This document shows positions 56,645 to 64,000 of a stretch of DNA of 64,000 nucleotides, piece by piece; positions within the stretch are counted from its first letter, which is position 1, and every line of letters starts with the position of its first letter. The position numbers and the translations under genes are program-made. This DNA is from Cercozoa sp. M6MM (Eukaryota > Protista > Endomyxa: Ascetosporea): NCBI GenBank assembly GCA_040357565.1, contig JBDODJ010000035.1. The stretch is one strand, 5' to 3'. The notes beneath the pieces were generated by a model. That model saw only the letters and a list, made by a program, of their open reading frames with translations, searched no databases and was not told where the DNA came from.

Positions 56645-58226
56645 ATGGCATTATTTGTGTGCTAATCAGCGCGTTAAGCTTCGTTTTAACCACATCAGGG
56701 AGGAGTTTTCGTTTTCGGAGTGACAGGTGACCAACGAACCATGGCTACAGCCTGCTTTGCTGTTTTTAAAGCTACGACAGTCTGTTAGTGCCTGTGCAAG
56801 TACTGTGCCTAGCACGGTTAAATGTACAAATTTAAGCTCAGCTGCGAGGGCAGGCAAGCATTTGGTATATTATTGTATCGCTAGTTTTCTTCTTTCCCCC
56901 AGCAGTGTTTTGATTCGCGTGAAGAAATCGTGGAGTTGCCGGCGAGCGCGCCTGTGCAGCGGCTGTTTGACACAGCACGCGACATCGCTGGCACTGCGGT
57001 TCACCTGCGTGCAGGCTTTCCTCCCAAGCAACTGTCGGAAGACGCAGTCTTCTTAGCAAGCACACTTGAAAACTGTAGCTTTGATCTGTTCTTCTGTCTG
57101 TTTGTGTGACTCTACACCCAGAGCTGAAATGGGACTATGTTTTCTGTAGCTGGTCTTGCGAGACAATGCGTGGTGTACATTGTTAAACGCGAGCAGCGTC
57201 GTTTCTCGCTCCACAAAATTCCCGACGACAACAGCGTACACATGTTCCGTTTTGCCATCTCATTGGCATGTGTCGTACAGAAGCTTACCTGTTCCGCGTG
57301 CTGCAGTGTCTGTTTCATGCGGTGGCCTACTGCATGCAAACTGGCATAACTGCTGATGATCTGCGACAAGTGGTCGCGGCGACAGTCCTCGGCAACAAAC
57401 AGAGGTTCACAGAGGTAGCTTTGTGGGACTGCGACCACTTGTGAGGTGGCTGATGTATGTGTGTGCTATAGGCCTTGCTCGAGAAGGCGCCGGAAGAGTA
57501 CGCACAGTGGATTCTGCACCCTCAGGTACTCTTGTTGGAAGAATCCCAAGTCTGTTGTGCACCCTACCTGTGTGTTTGTGAAGCACTGGGGCGGCTCAGT
57601 GGAACTGCTGATTTTGTGCGAGGCTCTCGATGTTACCATTGTCGCCATCGACATTGAGTCGCTGCGAATCTCGCGCTTTCCGCACCATGTAGCTTTTCAT
57701 GTTCTCTGGTGACGACTGCGATTTGTGGCTTTGGAGGCATTTGCATATACGTGCGCAGAGAAACTCGAACCAGATAATGTACCTTTTGTACAATGGCGTG
57801 CACTACGATGCCTTTGAGGAAGGCGCACGCCGACTCTTCGACTGGTCTGATACAGAGGTATACAGACAAATCCGGACCCGACTTGTCGACTGCAAACCGC
57901 TCGTGTTTGCAGGCAGAACAACTCGTGATGGAAATTGCAACCGCTAAGAACAAGGCCGGTGCAGCACATTGCTCATTCTTATGTTCGTCGAGGCGTTTAA
58001 CATTGAAAATGTGCACGAAACTCGATCTTAGGTGCCTTCACAAACGTGCGCACTTCAAGCTTCACTTGCAAGCTGTGCGGCCAGGACGTCACCGGGCAGC
58101 AAGGCGCGCAACAGCACGCTGGTAGCGCTTACACTTCTGCTTCCGATAAACTATCCATGGTTTGACTCACTGCAACCAACCGTAGAGCTGACTGGACACA
58201 CAAAGTTCGAACAGACCCAGCAGTGA
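56645..58226 (+). CDS. OTU1: OTU1/YOD1 deubiquitinase (UBX-like, OTU and C2H2 zinc finger domains)
   Basis: AGFPPKQL, catalytic IPDDNS|CLFHAVAY, EYAQWI, WGGSVEL, YLLYNGVHYD and CKLCG...AQQHA|ELTGHTKFEQ. The start is approximate. Confidence 0.88.
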
Positions 58227-58931
58227 AAACTTCCTTTGTCGTCCTGAGGCACCAGCATCGACGACCTTCTGGAGGCATGGCCTGCAGCCTGGTCGCCGGC
58301 GTCGCCATTGCGCAATTTAACGATTGCTGTGGTGTGCGAGTTCAACGTTGGCTTTCGTCGATGATGGACGGAAAATCAATTGAAAACTGTATTTTTACTC
58401 AGATCTGGCCAAAACCGCGTTAAGCAAGACCCGAGATACCCAAAAGGGACACCCGGCGACCCCGCTGGCGACCAGCTTGTGTGCATAGGAAAATGTAATA
58501 GTATCAACAAAATCCTGAAGAAGAGAGTATCTCAGTTTTTAAACCCCGGATTTTTAAAAGTGAGAGGCAATGTTGTAAAGCGTATTACCACAATATGCCT
58601 TGTGTTAATGTTGTGTGAGCACTCGTTCAGCCTTGAGCTCCCCTTGTGTTTGCTCTAGTTCGAAGTAGTACAATAGGTGCGATAGGAAGCGTCGGTCTGC
58701 CGCCCGAGACTTTGGAGCGGAGCGTCAAACGTTGACGCCAAGGGAGTTTGCGTGGACGTGTAGTGAATGACCTCGCACCCCAATGACTCACGTTTGACGG
58801 CTTCGTGTCGCCAAGCTTCAACGTTCTTAGAAGGCGATTTTTGATCAACAGGTCAATAGTGGGAAATCTCAAGAAATTTCGCGCTTGCCGAGAAGTGCTA
58901 GTCGCTGTCACAGTGTGTCACCAGTTGTGAA

Positions 58932-61190
58932 ATGGCATCTAACGACGATTTTGACCTATTTACAAAGCGCAGTGGTGTGCTTGGGCAATAAAATAGTTGG
59001 CGATCAGGGAGACTGGTTTGTATCGATATTTTTCCCTGTCATGTTCGCAGGCAGGAAGAAGGGCCGCCATGAAGAGAGCAACGCGAGTCACAGTGGTGAT
59101 CAGAGCGATCAGCGCGCGGCGTTTCTCGGGCAACAGTCGCATCACCTCGGGCTGCAGCGACAGAAAGCCCAGGAGAGAAGGCAAGAAAAACTGCGTCAGG
59201 AGATGGCAGTACACCATTCTATATAGCCGTCTGTTTCGTCCATGTTGGGCATTGTTTGGACAGGAGACACTCGGCAGCACAGCGGTGTCGGCGAAGCGAC
59301 CCTCTCGTGCTGGCGGTAACTTGCAACAGCACCCTAGTGTACTGTACAATGTGAGATGCGCTGTGCCCATGCAGGTGCACTGACGATCCAGGAGAGCAGC
59401 GGCAACAGCAAGCAGCGACGACGCAAGAAGCGACGCGACAAGCGTGCTCAGACTGACGCTGCTGACGGTAGTGCTTCTCCCTTGCTCCGCCTCTGTGTCT
59501 GCCTGCAATTCCTGTGCCTGGTGTAGCCACCTTGAGATTCGATCCCAACGCACCCGTACTTGAGTCCGTGACGAAGGCTATTGTCAGCCCCTCTGTATGC
59601 GTGTATGCTTGTACAGGTGACATCGCGACGTGCCTGTGGGTGCCAGGCGCGAGGTGGAGGTACTCGCTCTGTGTCGGTGTGATTTGCACGTGTCATACCT
59701 CACGTGTCATACCTCACGTGCCATTCAACAGAGGGTCACGAGATGGTTGCCATGTGCACACAGGTGTGTCTGTTGCTTTAGTATGCTTGTTCTCTCGTGT
59801 ATGTACCGACCCCTGTTGGTATGTGCAGTGCGGGTATGTGGTGTGCGGTGCCGAGGCTCGTTCGTCGCCGTCGCAGCGAGCGCCTTGTCTCTTCTGCTGC
59901 GCTCTCATTGATGCCTTGTCGTAGCTTTACCCTCCTTGCTTCCTGCCCCTCTGTACTGTGTGCGCACTGACAGAGGCGACACCATAGTGTCAGACGACAT
60001 GGCATTTGCGCATGCCGAACTGTACACACGCTTGCAATGTCGGTACGGGCCTTTCATGTTTGCACATGTGCAGAGGACCCCTGGGTACCGGCGAAGGTCG
60101 CCTGGCCACCGAGGTGGCCGTTGTGGTACGTAAACATCATAAGAAAATCTATCTATCTATACATCTCTATGGATAGTATGTATACATATATACATATATA
60201 CGTAATTGTTTGTGTGTTGTATGTATACAGCACAAGGTGAAACAAGAGGCGGCAAAGGACGCGCTGCGCCGACGCGACGAACTGCTACTCTTCCAGCAGA
60301 CACGTGCGCAACGCACCGCCGTATCTTTACCCCCCCTCTTTTACCCCTCCCCTCTTCCGCCCCGTTTACCCGTATGTTATCTGTCCTGAAGGTACACGAC
60401 ACACAAAGTGACGTCATTGCCGATGCGCACTCTGTCTGGGTACCTTTTTTGTGCTATGTTGCTCCTGTCTGTAACCTCTTGTTTTAGGCATCGGAGGAGG
60501 ACAGAAAGCGACACCAACGAGAGGCGAAACAACTCATCAGTCGTCTCGAGTATGTGTGTCTTGCTTTGACTATTTTGCGAGGGGAGGGGTGTGTATATAT
60601 ATATATATATCATATATATCTATATATATATATATCTATATATTTATATATTGACAATGTATGTATGTGTGTGTTTGACAGGAGGAAGGCGATGCACCGC
60701 ACCAGATCTCCTTTGCTCTGGGACCGCGTAGCTTTTCTTACCCTTCCGTATACCCCCCTGTATATTCCATGTACCTATGCTTGTGTATGGGCAGAAGGAG
60801 AGGTCGTCGTAGTCGAACATGATGAGTCGGTACTGCATATTCTCTCTACTATTTACCCACTTTACTCTTTACCACTCGACAGCAAACTAAGGACGTTCGC
60901 AAGCGCATGCACCGCATGCTGGAGGGTCGTGGTACTTTACCCCCCCCCCCAACGTTACCCCTTCGCCTATGTGCGTATGCGTGCAGAGGCAGACGATGAC
61001 GTCGTCGCCGTTATTTCCGACGTGCCTGCCGCCGATCAAAGTACGTGTAAATATATGTATGTATGTATGCATGTATGTATGTATGTATGTATGTATGTAT
61101 GTATGTACGTATGTGTATGTGTATAGAGACATCGGAGTACTTCCGACGACACAACATGAGCGATCACGCTAAGAAGGGTAGTTGTGTTTG

Positions 61191-61221
<31 letters not shown>

Positions 61222-62050
61222 CCGGGGCCCCTTACCCCCTATCGCAAGCAGTGTACGACCACATCCAGCGCGCAATCGACCCGTCGTACGGCGACACTGG
61301 TGACACGAGTGATCGCACCAGTGATCGCACCAGTGACCACGTGGATGACCACATGGGTGACCACGAGACGGTGTGTCTGTCCATGCACCAACCGTGGGCG
61401 TCGCTGTTGGTGCGTGGCATCAAGCGCATGGAGGGTCGGCAGTGGCCCTGCGACCACCGCGGCCGCCTGTTTATTCACGCCGCCGCGCACGTGCCGTCGC
61501 CTGCCGTATGCCCTGTTTACACCCCTGTTACCCCTGTCACCCTGCCATCCCCTATTTACTTATTGCCCAGGAGATCATGGAGGTGGAAGCCGAATACAGG
61601 AAGGTCTACGCTCCGGCCAAGGTGGCCTTCCCTGAGACCTACCCCGTGTCGCGTCTCTTGGGTTCTACTCACTAATACCTATCGATCTATGTGTCTGTAT
61701 CTATGTTTGTATATGCATATGTGTATCTGTGGATGTGTGTTTGTATATTGTACATATTTATGTGTCTGTGTGTATGTGTACGTGTGTGGATGTGTCTAAG
61801 TAGGCTGCGTAACAGTGACGGAGACTCTGCGCGGCGCCGAATTCAACCAACGACAGCGCGAGCGTCAGTGCCGCGAGCTTTCGTCCTCCGAGTACGTCAT
61901 GCTGTGCCGCGAGCCTCGTGTGCTGCCCGACGATGACGACGTTTTCCGCCTCTCGGGCCAGCACAAGTTCTGGCACCTGCCGCCTCACGTACCTTCATAC
62001 ATATATATATATATATATATGTCTACGTCAACGATAGATGTTTATGTCTA

Positions 62051-62107
<57 letters not shown>

Positions 62108-62402
62108 CTATCTATCTGTCTACATCCTTTGCTTTGTAACAACCCAGGTTTGCAAGCACGCCCTGCGGCGACTCCAGCCGGCACCGCAAACCCTGCTCTC
62201 TGACAACAACGCCAAGCCCGACACTGCAACGACAAAGAAACAACCTGCCGCTGCTAAGGAAGGAGAGAAAAGTTTGAAGAAGAAAAAGAAGAAAACGAGA
62301 CGCGGCAAAAATAAGAGCCAGCGCAACAACAAGGACAAGAGCGGGTCTTCCACTGCAGCTGCTGCGCCAACAGATGAAACTCTCGACGAGCCGCTCTGGT
62401 GA
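58932..62402 (+). CDS. TRIP4: Activating signal cointegrator 1 (ASC-1/TRIP4): C2HC5 zinc finger plus ASCH domain
   Basis: Spliced CGCQARGGEGHEMVAMCTQ|CGYVVCGAE..PCLFC, VAVISD, and the ASCH domain CLSMHQPWASLLVRGIKRMEGRQW..HRGRLFIHAA, FPETYPVSRLLG. Confidence 0.88.
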
Positions 62403-62636
62403 TATCGTATTTCGTGTATACTGTAGCGTAACGTAAACTGAACCTACGCTAACGGAAACCGTAACGGCACGTCTACGTACACAATATGGTTCACTAGCGT
62501 AATCGAAGTTGCCTGCGTTGCCCGGGTCAGTGCAGCAGGCAACTCGAATCAACCTAATGTTAACGTTGAGAGACGAGGACGACGACGGGACGACCCGACG
62601 CGGTCTGCGACGCCTCCCTACTTGTAGCCCTACCTG

Positions 62637-62809
62637 CACCAACCATGAAGTCGACTTCGGTGTCTGGGGAACGTCGAAAGGGGAGTTGTATGGTCCTACC
62701 CTAAGCGGGCGGTAGACACGGCCATGCTCTTGTGGCCCACCCCAGACTGGTGCAGGGGAACTACATACTGTAGTTGGTTTCCTAGAAGACTCAACTAACT
62801 AACTAACTA
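62637..62809 (+). mobile_element. Second copy of the (TAAC)n-tailed retroposon
   Basis: Aligns with 38751-38909 with a few substitutions and a 16-bp insertion that forms the hairpin AACTACA-TAC-TGTAGTT. No TSD found. Confidence 0.75.
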
Positions 62810-63000
62810 TTAAGACCACTTTTACGGTGAATATTTAGCGGATAAGTTAGCTGAGACGTCTGATGGGTACTAGAGCAATTTAATGTTAACCTTACGATAC
62901 CGTCAACTAAGAGAGTGTGCGATATAGACAGAATCATTGAACGACGGTGAGTTAGGTCTAGATGCGCTACACTAGTCGAGTATGTAGGGGGGGAGGTAGA

Positions 63001-63091
63001 CTAGGCGTCGATGAGCCAGGCAGCGCAGTCGAACTCGTCTCGCGTCCACAGCGCCTCGGCCTGCTGCTGCGACGGCGGTGTGCCTGCTGCA

Positions 63092-63144
<53 letters not shown>

Positions 63145-64000
63145 CCAGCCACACACACAACAACATCAACACATATACAGGGACATACCAGAGTGCACGC
63201 GCAGCACCTCGACACCAGGCACGGCGTCCAGCGAGTCGGGCCGCACCGGTCCAAACACCGTCACCAGGTCGGTCTGCCATCACAATCACTCTCTTAGTTA
63301 AGGGGCACGGGGGCAGGGGGGAATACATCCTCAGCCTGCAGTGGCAGCGCAAACGACTGCAGCAATCGCTGCACCCGCATCTCCTCCCCGGGCCCCGGGC
63401 CCCCCCCCCCCCCCCCCGCGCGGGCCCCCTAAAGTTACCTGTCGCTGCAGCAGCCAGCGCTGCGCCAGGAGTTGTCGCCGCAGCGACGGCAACAGCGCCA
63501 ACTCGACCGGCTGCAACGAGCAGCCGTAGTCCTCCTGCAGGGGGGGGGGGGGGTATAGGGGGGGTCGGCGGGGAGGTAGGGGGTAAAGGTGGGGTAGGTA
63601 GGGGGGGGTAAAACCGGCGTCTTGTTCCACGGCTTGCCGGCAGCAGCAGCGGCGTTCTGTTCGAGTCGCGCCGTCACAGCGGCTCGCCAGTCGATCGGTT
63701 GCATGTCCTGTCCATATGGACGGTACACTACATCTGTACAGATGTACAGTACACATGGACAGGGTACATGCAGAGCCAGCAGGTGCCGACCCAGGTCCAG
63801 CATGGCATGCCGCGCCTGCAGCTGCGTCGCCTGCAGCAGCGACACGCCCGCCCACAACACACTGTCCGCGAACCGCGACTACAGGGGGGGGGGGGGGGGG
63901 CAAACGGGGGCCCCGCGGGGGGCGGTAGGGGGTATACCAAGTCGCCGCCGGCAAAGTCGGCGTCGCTGCCACGTAGCGCCAGTGCTGCACACACACAGGG
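63001..64000 (-). CDS. 3' end of a spliced hypothetical protein
   Basis: Exons DMQPIDWRAAVTARLEQN, EDYGCSLQPVELALLPSLRRQLL, TDLVTVFGPVRPDSLDAVPG and AGTPPSQQQAEALWTRDEFDCAAWLIDA*. Confidence 0.55.

Noticed and set aside
47525-58900. Stop-codon reassignment suggested by broken ORFs
   Set aside because: The breaks checked resolve as short GT-AG introns, and TAA, TAG and TGA all end conserved genes in the window.
58255-58900. Possible small gene between OTU1 and TRIP4
   Set aside because: No consistent exon chain or recognisable motif could be assembled.
60321-60335. U12-type introns (GTATCTTT donor; CCTTAAC in the 45017-45165 repeat)
   Set aside because: Donors do not share the RTATCCTT consensus, and CCTTAAC occurs inside a satellite of an intron with an ordinary donor.
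62503-62549. SECIS element after the TGA stop of TRIP4
   Set aside because: There is no AUGA/GA quartet or apical AAR, and no in-frame Sec codon in conserved regions.

Overview
Gene-dense nuclear DNA from an intron-rich microbial eukaryote (protist, lineage not determinable from this window). It uses the standard genetic code and GT-AG introns, and has 11 N-gaps, nearly all at microsatellite, minisatellite or poly-G/C tracts. Eighteen spliced genes can be traced: a giant USP9/24/34-type deubiquitinase, a rhodanese-like/SAM-methyltransferase fusion, a SHAQKYF Myb factor, a 3xCNB cyclic-nucleotide kinase, CWC25, eIF4E, a GRIP golgin, SmD1, a BAR protein, AFG1 ATPase, nucleoplasmin-FKBP, CLEC16A, a WD40/EF-hand protein, COQ10-like, a LEA_2-like membrane protein, OTU1, TRIP4/ASC-1, and partial unknown genes at both edges. 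The most unusual signals are non-coding. (1) Two copies of a 152-nt Pol III-type tRNA-like RNA have intact acceptor, D and T arms but carry a ~79-nt structured insert in place of the anticodon loop. (2) At least 18 introns have weak 5' splice sites followed immediately by a sense-strand TT(T)ACCC(C) motif, often expanded into a satellite, and part of the tRNA-like RNA is complementary to this motif. (3) A ~160-bp retroposon has a (TAAC)n tail and a 15-bp target-site duplication. Gene models were read by eye, so some termini are approximate.
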